DNA of 64,000 bases, taken from the NCBI GenBank assembly GCA_023898365.1, contig CP060219.1, positions 737,934 to 801,933 of the forward strand, in the 5' to 3' direction. Shown here one piece after another: positions 26,746 through 36,299 of the stretch. The first letter of the stretch is position 1. The number at the start of each line of letters is the position of its first letter. A model generated the notes under the pieces. The model saw only the letters and a program-made list of their open reading frames with translations. It was not told where the DNA came from and searched no databases. A program made the position numbers and the translations under genes. Origin of the DNA: Candidatus Woesearchaeota archaeon (lineage in GTDB: Archaea; Nanobdellota; Nanobdellia; Woesearchaeales; GCA-023898365).

Positions 26746-27417
26746 ATGCGGTATAAGAAACAAAAGTTAGTAAAGCAAATTGCTGAAAAGGAAGAGTTGC
26801 TTCGAGACAAAACAGTAACCATCGTCGGACTTGGTGGCGTTGGCAGTGTTCTTGCAGATATGTTTGTCCGATCAGGCATTAACGTGCGCATTGTTGATCG
26901 AGGCCGAGTAGAATCTGAGGATTTGCAAAAGCTCGCTCTCTTTTCTGAAGATGATGTTTCTAAGTTTAAGGTCAAACAAGCAAAGAAAATTCTTGAAAAA
27001 ATCAATCCGAAACTTAAAATTAAAGCATTTCATGAAGATCTTTCAAGTGATAACATGTTTTTGATCGATGCGGACATTGTTATTGATGCAACGAACGAAC
27101 TTTCTCTTTCTCTTCAAATTGACAAGTATTGTGCCAAAAAGAAAATCCCGTTGATTTTCACCCACGTTGCAGGAAGCAGGGGTGGCGTGTACTTAACACA
27201 GAAAACAAAAACTCTCTCAGATATTAGCGATTATTTGAAGGAACATTTCAGTCAGCAAGAAGGGATCTTGAGTCAGACCGTGCATGGCACAGCAGCCATT
27301 GCCGCTTCAAAAACATTCAAAGTGCTTCTTGGCGAGAAAGTTGCAAAGAGCGTTCTCTTCTTTGACATTTGGGATTACTCAATTGACACAGAAATTGCAA
27401 AGAAAAATAAAAAATAA
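26746..27417 (+). CDS. ThiF/MoeB/E1-like adenylyltransferase family protein
   Basis: TVTIVGLGGVGSVLADMFVRSGINVRIVDRGRVESEDL Rossmann GxGxxG of ThiF/HesA family; first ATG 26746 (track start 26728 is TTG). Confidence 0.75.
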   Translation: MRYKKQKLVKQIAEKEELLRDKTVTIVGLGGVGSVLADMFVRSGINVRIVDRGRVESEDLQKLALFSEDDVSKFKVKQAKKILEKINPKLKIKAFHEDLSSDNMFLIDADIVIDATNELSLSLQIDKYCAKKKIPLIFTHVAGSRGGVYLTQKTKTLSDISDYLKEHFSQQEGILSQTVHGTAAIAASKTFKVLLGEKVAKSVLFFDIWDYSIDTEIAKKNKK

Positions 27418-27425
27418 TTTTCTTC

Positions 27426-28289
27426 TCACTGTAAGAGTAATGGTGATTGTGGTATAAGAGAAATACGCACGTCACCTGAGAGAATATCAAATAAACTCTT
27501 TTCAGTTTCAAAGCGAACAAACACTGCTTCTTCTCCAAGAACTTGAGCAAGATGTTCTTGTACTTGCACTTGTCCTCCAAGTTCATCTACGAGGCCAAGG
27601 TTATATGCTTCGACTCCAAGAAAGAACGATCCAGAGGTGATAAGTTCGTATGACTCATCATCTTTAGAAAGATGTCTGTTCTCGTAGACTTCTTGAATAA
27701 AGTAATCATGAATCATATCAAGTTTTTCTTGAAAGATATCTCGCTCTTCGTTTGTAACTTTCCTAAATGGCGTGCCAAGATCTTTGTATTCTCCTGAAAC
27801 AAACCGTTCATAACTAACATTGTACCGTTCGATAAATCCGCTAAAATCAAGAAAGCTTGCAATAACTCCGATGCTTCCTGTCATGCTCATGCGATTTGCA
27901 ACAATATAATCGGTTGTTGAAGCAATCCAGTATCCTCCCGATGCTCCCACTTCTCTAATGTGTGCTACGGTTGGCAGATCAATTGCTTTTATTGCCTGAC
28001 CAACTTCGTCGCTTGCTACTGCAGAGCCTCCAGGAGAATTGATTTCAAAAACAATTGCTTTGATGCGAGGGTCACGTGTTGCTTTATCAATAAGTTCAAG
28101 AACTTCATCAGATGAAACAACAGAATCTTGAAAAACGCCACTCTCGCCCGTTGCTACAATCGTTCCTTGAACAGGAATAACTGCCACGTTGCCATTCTTT
28201 ATGTCGTCTTGCGCTCCCAAACTAAAAAGTTGAGCGAGAATAAATAATCCAATAATAATCGCTGATGCCATAATCCATTTTTGTTTCAT
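27426..28289 (-). CDS. sppA: Signal peptide peptidase SppA (S49 family, 36K type)
   Basis: N-terminal TM; FEINSPGGSAVASDE and GASGGYWIA motifs typical of SppA. Confidence 0.85.
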   Translation of the reverse strand: MKQKWIMASAIIIGLFILAQLFSLGAQDDIKNGNVAVIPVQGTIVATGESGVFQDSVVSSDEVLELIDKATRDPRIKAIVFEINSPGGSAVASDEVGQAIKAIDLPTVAHIREVGASGGYWIASTTDYIVANRMSMTGSIGVIASFLDFSGFIERYNVSYERFVSGEYKDLGTPFRKVTNEERDIFQEKLDMIHDYFIQEVYENRHLSKDDESYELITSGSFFLGVEAYNLGLVDELGGQVQVQEHLAQVLGEEAVFVRFETEKSLFDILSGDVRISLIPQSPLLLQ

Positions 28290-28717
28290 GCAACCACCCG
28301 TTCATATGTTGAGTCGGTCCATCGTTCAAGGAGTCGTTTCTTCCATCCAAGAAGTGCGATGGGTTCAATAAGTATGAGAAGATTAAGCGGAAAGAAAGGA
28401 ATAAGATAACAATTTCGAAGAAAAGCGGAAGAAAGCGTGTTCTGTCCTGAAATTGAAATTTTTGTAATGGCCATCCCAATTGTTGCGCCAACAAAACGTT
28501 CAAAGAGCACAAAGTAAAAAAAAGTAAGTAAAGCAAGAAGAGCGGTTGTTGTCGTTGCATGAAAATTTTCTGCGAGCGAATCGGATAATCGTTTGGCCAG
28601 AGGCCACCCAATAATATTTACCGCAATAAAGAGATCAATAACGAAACTGAGCAACCGAAACCAAACTGAAGCTGGTTGCACTTGTTTTTTCTTTTTTGCA
28701 CTCTCTTTTTTTTGCAT
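28286..28717 (-). CDS. RDD-family membrane protein
   Basis: 143 aa, 3 TM, K-rich N-terminus; RDD-like arrangement; ATGA overlap with sppA. Confidence 0.5.
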   Translation of the reverse strand: MQKKESAKKKKQVQPASVWFRLLSFVIDLFIAVNIIGWPLAKRLSDSLAENFHATTTTALLALLTFFYFVLFERFVGATIGMAITKISISGQNTLSSAFLRNCYLIPFFPLNLLILIEPIALLGWKKRLLERWTDSTYERVVA

Positions 28718-28820
28718 AATTGCACTGACTTCTCCCGTATTAAAAAGCTTACGAAAAGCGTGTATTTACTTCCTTAAAAAGGCAACGCTTATAAAGAACG
28801 ACCCCTTTTCTCATTGCTAT

Positions 28821-29147
28821 ATGAGACCTCAAAACAACGCACAAGATGAGGAGTTTATTCGTGTGAAGGTTCCTCGAAAAACTGAGGTACTTGGCATTCT
28901 CGACTCTCGACTTGGTGGAGGTCGCTGTCGCGTTCGTTGTTTTGATGGAAAAGTTCGTGTCTGCAGAATTCCTGGGCGATTAAAACGTCGATTATGGGTG
29001 CGAGAAAATGATATTGTTCTTGTTGAACCTTGGGAGCTGAGCGGAGACGAAAAGGGCGATATTATTTACAAATATCGACCAAATCAAGTTAAATGGTTAA
29101 AAGATCGCGGCTATTACAAAGAAGTCGAAGAGTTTGACCAATTCTAA
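28821..29147 (+). CDS. eif1a: Translation initiation factor 1A (aIF-1A)
   Basis: ...EEFIRVKVPRKTEVLGILDSRLGGGRCRVRCFDGKVRVCRIPGRLKRRLWVRENDIVLVEPWELSGDEKGDIIYKY S1-like fold; ATG 28821 (track start is alt codon). Confidence 0.9.
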   Translation: MRPQNNAQDEEFIRVKVPRKTEVLGILDSRLGGGRCRVRCFDGKVRVCRIPGRLKRRLWVRENDIVLVEPWELSGDEKGDIIYKYRPNQVKWLKDRGYYKEVEEFDQF

Positions 29148-29254
29148 GTTATATCTTTGGTTGCTTACCAAGTCAGACGTATTCTCTTTACTTTCTCAGA
29201 AAAAATTATTGCTTGTAAGAAGACTTGTTTTTAACAAAGAAAACTCAAATGTCT

Positions 29255-29905
29255 TTACGGTTCTGCAGCTAAGTAGAACACCGCAAGAAATGCAATAATA
29301 AACAAAATAATAAATCCAAGAACTTTGGGATGCGTAAGCGTGTTTGCAATGTTTGTAGCAACGCTTGTTGTTGCAGTTAATTCTGCTTTTCGATCAGGAT
29401 CAAAGTGCGTGCTTGAACCACTGCTAGACGAACCACTTTCTCCGCCAACAGTGGTGGCACCAGTTGTTTGCCCATCAGTAATCGCAGTTGATGCAAGCAA
29501 ATCATTACCAAATGAAATAACCATGCCGATAACAACGAGTGTGATAAAAATACCAATAAGCCATCCTCTGATCGTCGCATCCTTTGTAACTGCGTTGACC
29601 ATGCTCTCATCCTTAAGACCGAACATCTTGAGCACGAAGAGAATGAAAAAGATGGCAATCGTAATGATCATAAACCAAGGAACAAGCAAGCCAACAATGA
29701 TAGTGAACGTCTTTGAAAGAATAGCGATAAACGCGATGAGCACAGCAATAATTGCTGCAAGTCCCGTTGAACTGTCCTTATCTCCAAAGATCCCAAAAAA
29801 TCCTGTTTTTTTTGAAAACCCATAGACAACTACGAAGACGAATAAGAACGTGATCATAGGAAGCAAACGTTCCATGATTGTTGCGCTAAATAATGCAGTT
29901 GCCAT
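29255..29905 (-). CDS. Paralogous polytopic membrane protein (family member 1 of 4, divergent)
   Basis: 216 aa; LLPMITFLFVFVVVYGF aligns with conserved DVLLPF..F segment of the three downstream paralogs; Gly/Ser-rich loop. Confidence 0.55.
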   Translation of the reverse strand: MATALFSATIMERLLPMITFLFVFVVVYGFSKKTGFFGIFGDKDSSTGLAAIIAVLIAFIAILSKTFTIIVGLLVPWFMIITIAIFFILFVLKMFGLKDESMVNAVTKDATIRGWLIGIFITLVVIGMVISFGNDLLASTAITDGQTTGATTVGGESGSSSSGSSTHFDPDRKAELTATTSVATNIANTLTHPKVLGFIILFIIAFLAVFYLAAEP

Positions 29906-29907
29906 TG

Positions 29908-30552
29908 TTAGTTTTTGTCAAGAGCGTCGTATAATTTTGCAAGTCTTTTTGCCTCAAGTTCTTTTATTTTATTTTTTCTCGCTTCTCCTTCAAGTCCTTT
30001 GAGCGAATCATCCTCGTTGCTACCCACAATGAACTTGTAAATGAGGCCAAAGACTAAGACCATGATTAAAAGCGACTGCGTGTTTCGATCTCGAAGGAAA
30101 CTCAGCCAACCGGGAAGAATGACAACGTTTGCTGCAGTTAAGAAAATGTAGACGACTGCTATGAGTGCTACCCACGGAATAAAAGTTTTTGAAATAAATG
30201 CAAACTTTCCTGTGCCAAGCACATTGAGCATGATCAGAAGCATGATAACTGCAACAATAACAACAGAAACATTTGGAAGCGCCTTGTTCATAATGTCAAC
30301 GACATCCATCCCGTTTGGATAGCCGCCTGTGACGTGCGGGATGATGACGCCAAGTGCGAGCGCAAACGAGATCATTGCGTTAAAGCCACGAACCCGTTTT
30401 GCTTTGTTTTGATCACTGTTCTTTGGATCGCCAAGAATTTTTGTTTTTTGCAAGATAGCAAAAACTATAGTAAATACGAGTACGAACGGTAAGAGTACGT
30501 CCGAGAGGCCAATGTCGTCCAAGGCGCGTACGCCATCTTCAAGTAAAGTCAT
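29908..30552 (-). CDS. Paralogous polytopic membrane protein (member 2 of 4)
   Basis: MTLLEDGVRALDDIGLSDVLLPFVLVFTIVFA...; shares N-terminus and hydrophobicity profile with 30588-31187 and 31258-31836. Confidence 0.6.
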   Translation of the reverse strand: MTLLEDGVRALDDIGLSDVLLPFVLVFTIVFAILQKTKILGDPKNSDQNKAKRVRGFNAMISFALALGVIIPHVTGGYPNGMDVVDIMNKALPNVSVVIVAVIMLLIMLNVLGTGKFAFISKTFIPWVALIAVVYIFLTAANVVILPGWLSFLRDRNTQSLLIMVLVFGLIYKFIVGSNEDDSLKGLEGEARKNKIKELEAKRLAKLYDALDKN

Positions 30553-30587
30553 TTTCTTGTTTAGTAGGATGTTAGGTTGTTACATAC

Positions 30588-31187
30588 TCATCCTTCAGTT
30601 TTTTCTTCGACAGGAGTAGAGCCTGTTTTTTTGCCAATTCCGTGCCAATCAAAATACTCTTTTTCTTTTTTCTCACCACCACCAACAATAAATCGGTAGA
30701 TGAGGCCAAAGACTAAGATCATAATAATAAGTGATTGCGTGTTTTTGTCACGCAAAAAATAGAGCCAGTTTGGAATGTTTGTAATATTTGCCGCGCTTGT
30801 AAAAATATACACAACAATCACTAAGGCAATCCAAGGAACCCATGTTGCGACAAGTCCACCAAAGGTTCCTTCGCCAAAGATGTTTAGCATGATAAGCACC
30901 ATAACAAGCGCAATTACTACGAGTGAAATGTTTGGCAAGGCGGTATTGAGAATAACAACAATGTCTGCGTTATGCGGATACAGGCCTTTGACATGCGGGA
31001 TGATGACGCCAATTGCCATGGCAAGCGCAATCATCGCATTGAATCCCTTTGCTTTATCATCAGTTCCAAGAATGTTTGATTTTTCTAAAACAGCAAAGAC
31101 GATAGTAAAGATAATGATAAAGGGGAGGAGCACATCGCTTAATCCTAAATCCTCAAGGGCGCGTACGCCGTCTTCAAGTAAGCTCAT
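30588..31187 (-). CDS. Paralogous polytopic membrane protein (member 3 of 4)
   Basis: MSLLEDGVRALEDLGLSDVLLPFIIIFTIVFAVLEKS...NAMIALAMAIGVIIPHV. Confidence 0.6.
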   Translation of the reverse strand: MSLLEDGVRALEDLGLSDVLLPFIIIFTIVFAVLEKSNILGTDDKAKGFNAMIALAMAIGVIIPHVKGLYPHNADIVVILNTALPNISLVVIALVMVLIMLNIFGEGTFGGLVATWVPWIALVIVVYIFTSAANITNIPNWLYFLRDKNTQSLIIMILVFGLIYRFIVGGGEKKEKEYFDWHGIGKKTGSTPVEEKTEG

Positions 31188-31257
31188 TTTCTTTTGTCTA
31201 CCTCACGAATGTGTAATGATTTTCCTTGTTGTGATATAAAAACTTTGTTGTTTTGCA

Positions 31258-31836
31258 TTAATCTCCTTGTTTGTCTCCGCTGCTGCTCTTAGTTGATCCG
31301 CCCATGACCAGCCACATGATGCCGCCAAGAAGCACGAGAAGCACAACCGCCCCTCCTGATTCATTACTCCAGATGCTTTTGATGAATCGACTGATGTAGT
31401 CCATCCATCCAACGGCATCAAGGAATATGACCAGGACTGCGATAAGTGCAAAGATTAGAAAGAATGTTTTTGTCCAACCTTCTAACGCAAACGATTTATC
31501 AGACCCATCGTGGGTGAGTGCCCCGTAGAGCAACATAAAGGCAAAGACGATGACAAGCACCAGGACTGTGCGAGAGAGCATGATGCTAATGTATTCAACA
31601 AGTTGCAAAGATGCAACAACAAAGAGCGCAATTGAAAACGCAATCATTGCGTTTAAGTTCTTTCTTGTGGTTGTCTCTGTTTTATCCGTATTTCTGTTCG
31701 TGAATGTTTCTTTCCCAAAGAACTGCGTCTTTTCAAGAAACGCATATACGAGAGTAAATATGACTAAGAAGGGGAGTACGACGTCGTACACACCAATGTC
31801 ACTCATAAATTCTACGCCGCTTCGAAGCAAGCTCAC
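31258..31836 (-). CDS. Paralogous polytopic membrane protein (member 4 of 4), GTG start
   Basis: VSLLRSGVEFMSDIGVYDVVLPFLVIFTLVYAFLEKT; GTG start at 31836 supported by paralog alignment (conserved SLL..GV....G..DV.LPF). Confidence 0.55.
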   Translation of the reverse strand: MSLLRSGVEFMSDIGVYDVVLPFLVIFTLVYAFLEKTQFFGKETFTNRNTDKTETTTRKNLNAMIAFSIALFVVASLQLVEYISIMLSRTVLVLVIVFAFMLLYGALTHDGSDKSFALEGWTKTFFLIFALIAVLVIFLDAVGWMDYISRFIKSIWSNESGGAVVLLVLLGGIMWLVMGGSTKSSSGDKQGD

Positions 31837-32023
31837 CGATCATTCACCCTGCTTTTTAAAGAGTAGCGCCATATATAAATCTTTTTGTTTTGACAAGGGA
31901 TTTTACTTCGATCAAAGAAAGCGATGTGCAAAGAAGCTCTTAAACGGCTTTTTTTGTTCGCGTGAGAAAAAACTTTTTAAATGTGAGTTTTCTAAATGAT
32001 TTTTGTAAGTGGTGAGAGCTTTC

Positions 32024-33238
32024 ATGGCAAAAAGAAAGAGAGGGGAGTTGGTAAAGGTTTGGGAGTATGATGCGAAAGCTCCTCTCTTGTCTGCACCAAC
32101 ACCTGCTGTTCTCAATGATACGCGTGGCGTGATTATTGCAACTGCTGATGGTCATGTTCAGTTTGTTGACAAAGATGGAAAGCTCGTCTGGTCTTTTGCG
32201 GCTGTTGCGAAGGTTTCTGCGCAGGAAAGCATGTTTCTTGAGCAAGAAAAAGTGAATGCGATTATTGGCCCTCCTATTGTTGTTGATGTTAACGCTGATG
32301 GCAGTCCTGAAATAATTTTTGGCACTGAGCACGGCATGTTATACACGCTTGATTCTGATGGAAAAAAACTTTGGGAGTTTGCAGCAAAAGGACCGATCAG
32401 ATCGTCGCCTCTTGCTACTGATCTTACTGGTGATGAAGGATTAGAAATTGTGTTCGGTTCTTCAGATAAGCATTTATACATATTAACAAATGAAGGAAAG
32501 CTCATCTCTCGCTACGCATATGATGTGGGAATTGAATCAACGCCTGCACGCATCGGAAGACAAATCATATTTGGAGATAATGATGGCGTCGTTCATTCTC
32601 TTGGACCGAAAGGAGAAGATAATTGGACGTTTGAAACCGGAGCGCGCATCGTAACCGAACCTCTTATTGTGCGTTTGCTCGATGACGAGTTCTACGTTCT
32701 TGTCGCTTCAACAAACGGCATTCTTTTCGCACTACATCTTTCCGGCGATTTGCTTTGGAAATTTGAAACGGGTGGTGCTATTATTGGACAACCAGTAGTT
32801 CACGATCTTGATGGTGATGGCAAACCAGAAATTGTTGTGGGCTCGTGTGATAATTTTGTCTACGCAATTAGAAATAATGGCGATTTGTATTGGTCGTACG
32901 AAACCAATTTTTGGATAGCGTCCTCTCCCATTGTTAAAGATCTTGATGGTGATGGCACGCCGGAAGTTATCGCGGGAAGTTACGATCATCATATTTATGT
33001 GCTTGCAACCGAAGGAAATTATAATTTAGATTATGTTCCCGGTATTGCAGGGGTAGTCAATCAAGCATCCTATTATTCGGAAGTCATGACTGACGAACCT
33101 GGCACGATGGTTGCAAAGCTTATTTGGAAGTATAAAACCGAAGGCATGTTGGTTGGTGGCGTGTTTCTGCCCTATAACCATAATTTGGTAATGGCTTCAA
33201 AAAACGGTATAGTTACGGTGCTTGCGCATCGTGAATGA
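32024..33238 (+). CDS. Beta-propeller repeat protein (PQQ-like / FG-GAP-like DxDGDG repeats), no obvious signal peptide
   Basis: Repeated ~40-aa units with D.DGDG.PEI(V/I)(F/V)G and (L/F)(Y/W)..(T/S)G; ATG 32024 with GGTGA 9 nt upstream (track start is GTG 32009). Confidence 0.6.
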   Translation: MAKRKRGELVKVWEYDAKAPLLSAPTPAVLNDTRGVIIATADGHVQFVDKDGKLVWSFAAVAKVSAQESMFLEQEKVNAIIGPPIVVDVNADGSPEIIFGTEHGMLYTLDSDGKKLWEFAAKGPIRSSPLATDLTGDEGLEIVFGSSDKHLYILTNEGKLISRYAYDVGIESTPARIGRQIIFGDNDGVVHSLGPKGEDNWTFETGARIVTEPLIVRLLDDEFYVLVASTNGILFALHLSGDLLWKFETGGAIIGQPVVHDLDGDGKPEIVVGSCDNFVYAIRNNGDLYWSYETNFWIASSPIVKDLDGDGTPEVIAGSYDHHIYVLATEGNYNLDYVPGIAGVVNQASYYSEVMTDEPGTMVAKLIWKYKTEGMLVGGVFLPYNHNLVMASKNGIVTVLAHRE

Positions 33239-33253
33239 TGAGGTGAAGAGTTT

Positions 33254-34069
33254 ATGGTAGAACAAATTGTTTCGAGTCCAGATGAAATTCGTAGAGTGAG
33301 AACCTACATTGAAGGGTTTGATGAGCATTTGCAAGGAGGAATTCCTCACGGGCATATTTCGCTTATCGCAGGAAGTGCGGGTACGATGAAGTCGTCCGTT
33401 TGCTTTAACATTTTGTATGGTGAAGCAGTAAATGGTCGCATCGGTTTGTATCTTTCTTTAGAACAGAGCCATCAATCTATCCTAAACCACATCATTAACA
33501 TGGGATATAATCTTAACCTGGTTAATATTGTGGTCATAAAGGATCTTGCTGATTTCCAACAAGATGTTGCAAAGGTGAAGAACTCCCATGATAAAGGAAC
33601 AATCATCATTGTAGATATTGGCGTTATTCGAAAAGAAGTAAAGGATGTAAAGATTGATGAGAATCGAAGTTGGCTTAATGTCATAAAGAATGTGGTTAAG
33701 ACAGTAAAAGACACTGTCGGACTTGATGTGTTCACTCTTGATTCGATGAGCGCACTCTATGTCCTTAGCAGATTCAAGAATCCTCGCATCGAACTCTTTT
33801 ACATTTTCGAGTTCTTACGTGATGCAGACGTAACATCGCTGCTCATCTCAGAAGCACCTTCTGACGGATCCCGCTATGGAGAGTTTGATGAAGATTTCTT
33901 AAGCGACGGCATTATTCATTTGCGTCTTGCCGCGTTTCGTCGACGAATTGTTAGAGAAATATCTGTGGTAAAAATGCGTACGACGAAGACAAATAATGAT
34001 TTGTTCAGTCTCGAATTTGAAGGTGGACGTTTTAAAGCAATGTACGGCGGACAGAATCCTCTGCTTTAG
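33254..34069 (+). CDS. KaiC/RadB-like RecA-superfamily ATPase with degenerate Walker A
   Basis: YIEGFDEHLQGGIPHGHISLIAGSAGTMKSSVCF (KaiC-like N-terminus, Walker A with G->M: GSAGTMKS), Walker B IIIVDIG; 15-nt gap after upstream gene. Confidence 0.7.
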   Translation: MVEQIVSSPDEIRRVRTYIEGFDEHLQGGIPHGHISLIAGSAGTMKSSVCFNILYGEAVNGRIGLYLSLEQSHQSILNHIINMGYNLNLVNIVVIKDLADFQQDVAKVKNSHDKGTIIIVDIGVIRKEVKDVKIDENRSWLNVIKNVVKTVKDTVGLDVFTLDSMSALYVLSRFKNPRIELFYIFEFLRDADVTSLLISEAPSDGSRYGEFDEDFLSDGIIHLRLAAFRRRIVREISVVKMRTTKTNNDLFSLEFEGGRFKAMYGGQNPLL

Positions 34070-34110
34070 AGACCAAACCTTTTTAAATCTGTATTGACAG
34101 GGAATATTTC

Positions 34111-35694
34111 ATGGTAGATAGTGTGCTCGATCAATTAGAACGTCCTGATGAAGCAGCAAAGCTTCTTGTCAAGCACGGTTTCATCAAGAGCAGCCATATG
34201 AGCAAATACAAAAAGGATGATGCAAAAGGCTTCATGCTTACAAAAGAAGCAATAGAAAAATATTATCCTGGAAAATCTATCCTAGTCGATCCCGCACATG
34301 CTGATGAAGAAATTGATGAAGAAATTACAGTGCGCATGGCCGGTCAGTTCATGAAAACAGGGTATCCCAAACCCTACAAACGATGGCGACTATCTTTTGA
34401 AAGTATGAATGAAACACCTGAAGAAATGTATTACTGGGTGCTTGACCATTTGCGACTTGACGGAGGATTTCCAAACTATATTAAGATAACTGATGTGATG
34501 AGTGCCTCTGAACAATCGACCTTGTTTGGTAATCACCAGCAAAAACTTGCCGCGCAGCAAGACCGCGCAGCAAATTATTTGCGAGGAATCAGTGAACTTA
34601 TCAGAACACTCTTTACTATTGTCAGAGAAATTCGTGTCATCAAAGAACGTTTAATGATTTATGAAAAAGCACCAAAAGACAAGAACTACGATGTTACGCT
34701 GAAAGGAATTTATGTTGATTTTGCAGAAGGCGGCGCGCAAAATCCTTCAAGTGTGTTCGGTCTTGCAAACAAGGTGGGGTTCACGCTCCTTCCCGATGTG
34801 TTCTTTAACACCATGGTCTATGACGATAATCAATTGTCAAAAGCAATTGATGGAACAAAAAAAGACAACGGCATGGAATTTAACGAACAATTCAAAAATA
34901 CGGTGCGCAGAAAATTATCTTCCTACATTAATTGGAAGTTGCACACTGAAAAAGAACTTCATTCTCGTCAAAAATATCAACTCGCGTATTTGCGCCAACA
35001 CTGGAATGTGATCAAGCTCTACGCGGATTGGCTTAAACCATACTTAAAAGTTTCACGTCGCATGCAACAAAATCCTCGCCATCAAGACAGTGTTGATTTG
35101 ATAGGTGCATTTCAAGGTGCGATGACTGATATCGAATTCTTAGCATACAAACCAGGAAAAGTTATGCCTGTCGTGCTTGCAACCTTTCATTATCGATCAC
35201 GGCCAACCATGTCTTACCAGCAAGAATATCAGCGAGCAGCTGCATTCACAGGACGAGTCGATATGGATCTTCGTGCTTATGGATGGACTGCTGATGATAT
35301 CAAGAGTTATGTTCGTATGCGCCAAGAAGAAGATCTTGAGATACTGTCCTGGGCAGACAAAAACATTGAAGCGGCCATGGAGAGTTTTGGAGATGAACTA
35401 CGCAATTACTTAGACGAAGCAGAAAATTTAGGAAAGAAAAAAGACGATGGGGATGCGTCAAAGAAAAAATCATCTAGTACAACAATTAATGTCCTTGAAC
35501 CATTCATATCGCTCTTTGGCGGATTTGGAGAAATGGGAAAAATGGTTGGCAGCGTTTTTGCACCTTTCAAGCCAACAAAGAAAGCAAAAAGTTCAGGTTC
35601 TCCGGATCGTATCAAACCAGCAAAGATGGCATCAGGAGCAGCGTTTAATATGATCAAGTTCTACAAAAAAAGTCACGGCATGATGACGTGGTAA
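34111..35694 (+). CDS. Hypothetical 527-aa protein (operon member, no recognisable domain)
   Basis: ATG 34111 ~25 bp downstream of ttttaaat; C-terminal Gly/Lys-rich tail. Confidence 0.5.
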   Translation: MVDSVLDQLERPDEAAKLLVKHGFIKSSHMSKYKKDDAKGFMLTKEAIEKYYPGKSILVDPAHADEEIDEEITVRMAGQFMKTGYPKPYKRWRLSFESMNETPEEMYYWVLDHLRLDGGFPNYIKITDVMSASEQSTLFGNHQQKLAAQQDRAANYLRGISELIRTLFTIVREIRVIKERLMIYEKAPKDKNYDVTLKGIYVDFAEGGAQNPSSVFGLANKVGFTLLPDVFFNTMVYDDNQLSKAIDGTKKDNGMEFNEQFKNTVRRKLSSYINWKLHTEKELHSRQKYQLAYLRQHWNVIKLYADWLKPYLKVSRRMQQNPRHQDSVDLIGAFQGAMTDIEFLAYKPGKVMPVVLATFHYRSRPTMSYQQEYQRAAAFTGRVDMDLRAYGWTADDIKSYVRMRQEEDLEILSWADKNIEAAMESFGDELRNYLDEAENLGKKKDDGDASKKKSSSTTINVLEPFISLFGGFGEMGKMVGSVFAPFKPTKKAKSSGSPDRIKPAKMASGAAFNMIKFYKKSHGMMTW

Positions 35695-35696
35695 CC

Positions 35697-36299
35697 ATGG
35701 AAGATCTTGAAGGCTTATCAACAAAAGAAAAACTTGAACTCTTGCGTAAACGACGTCAACGCGTAGAAAAAGAAGCAGAAGAGCGCATACAAAAAGAAAA
35801 AGAAGACGAAGAAAAGCAACTTAAAGCAATAGAAGAATTGCTTGCACGAACGGAAAAGGAAGCGCGAGAAGAACTCGAAGAACGACTTCGCGAAAGCGCA
35901 TCTGAAGCGCCACTTGACGCACTTGAAGAAGAACTCATGCAGCAAACGCATGAAGACTATGAACAAAAAAAACCCGAAGAACCACCCGTTGTCGCCTATA
36001 ACGAAGAAGGTTTTGGTACGCAAGATAAGTATGCGCCGCTCACGTCAGGCGGATCAGTTGGAGATTTTTTATCATTGCGAAAAGAAAGTCAATATCGCTC
36101 CTTAAGTGTCGAGGAACAAAGCTTCGTCTCACTCATGAGCTATCATGTCAATGTCTCAAACGCAGAGTTTTTAGGATCGCAAAAACAAGGCGGCATCGAA
36201 GAATTAGCATCGTATGCCACGCCCACTCTTAACGTTGAAGTGCTGCGCATGGTCGACGCGCCAAAACAAAACGACGTGTACAAAACAGAAGACAAATGA
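35697..36299 (+). CDS. Acidic Glu/Lys-rich coiled-coil protein
   Basis: MEDLEGLSTKEKLELLRKRRQRVEKEAEERIQKEKEDEEKQ...; ATG 35697, 3 nt after upstream stop (track start 35688 is GTG). Confidence 0.5.
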   Translation: MEDLEGLSTKEKLELLRKRRQRVEKEAEERIQKEKEDEEKQLKAIEELLARTEKEAREELEERLRESASEAPLDALEEELMQQTHEDYEQKKPEEPPVVAYNEEGFGTQDKYAPLTSGGSVGDFLSLRKESQYRSLSVEEQSFVSLMSYHVNVSNAEFLGSQKQGGIEELASYATPTLNVEVLRMVDAPKQNDVYKTEDK

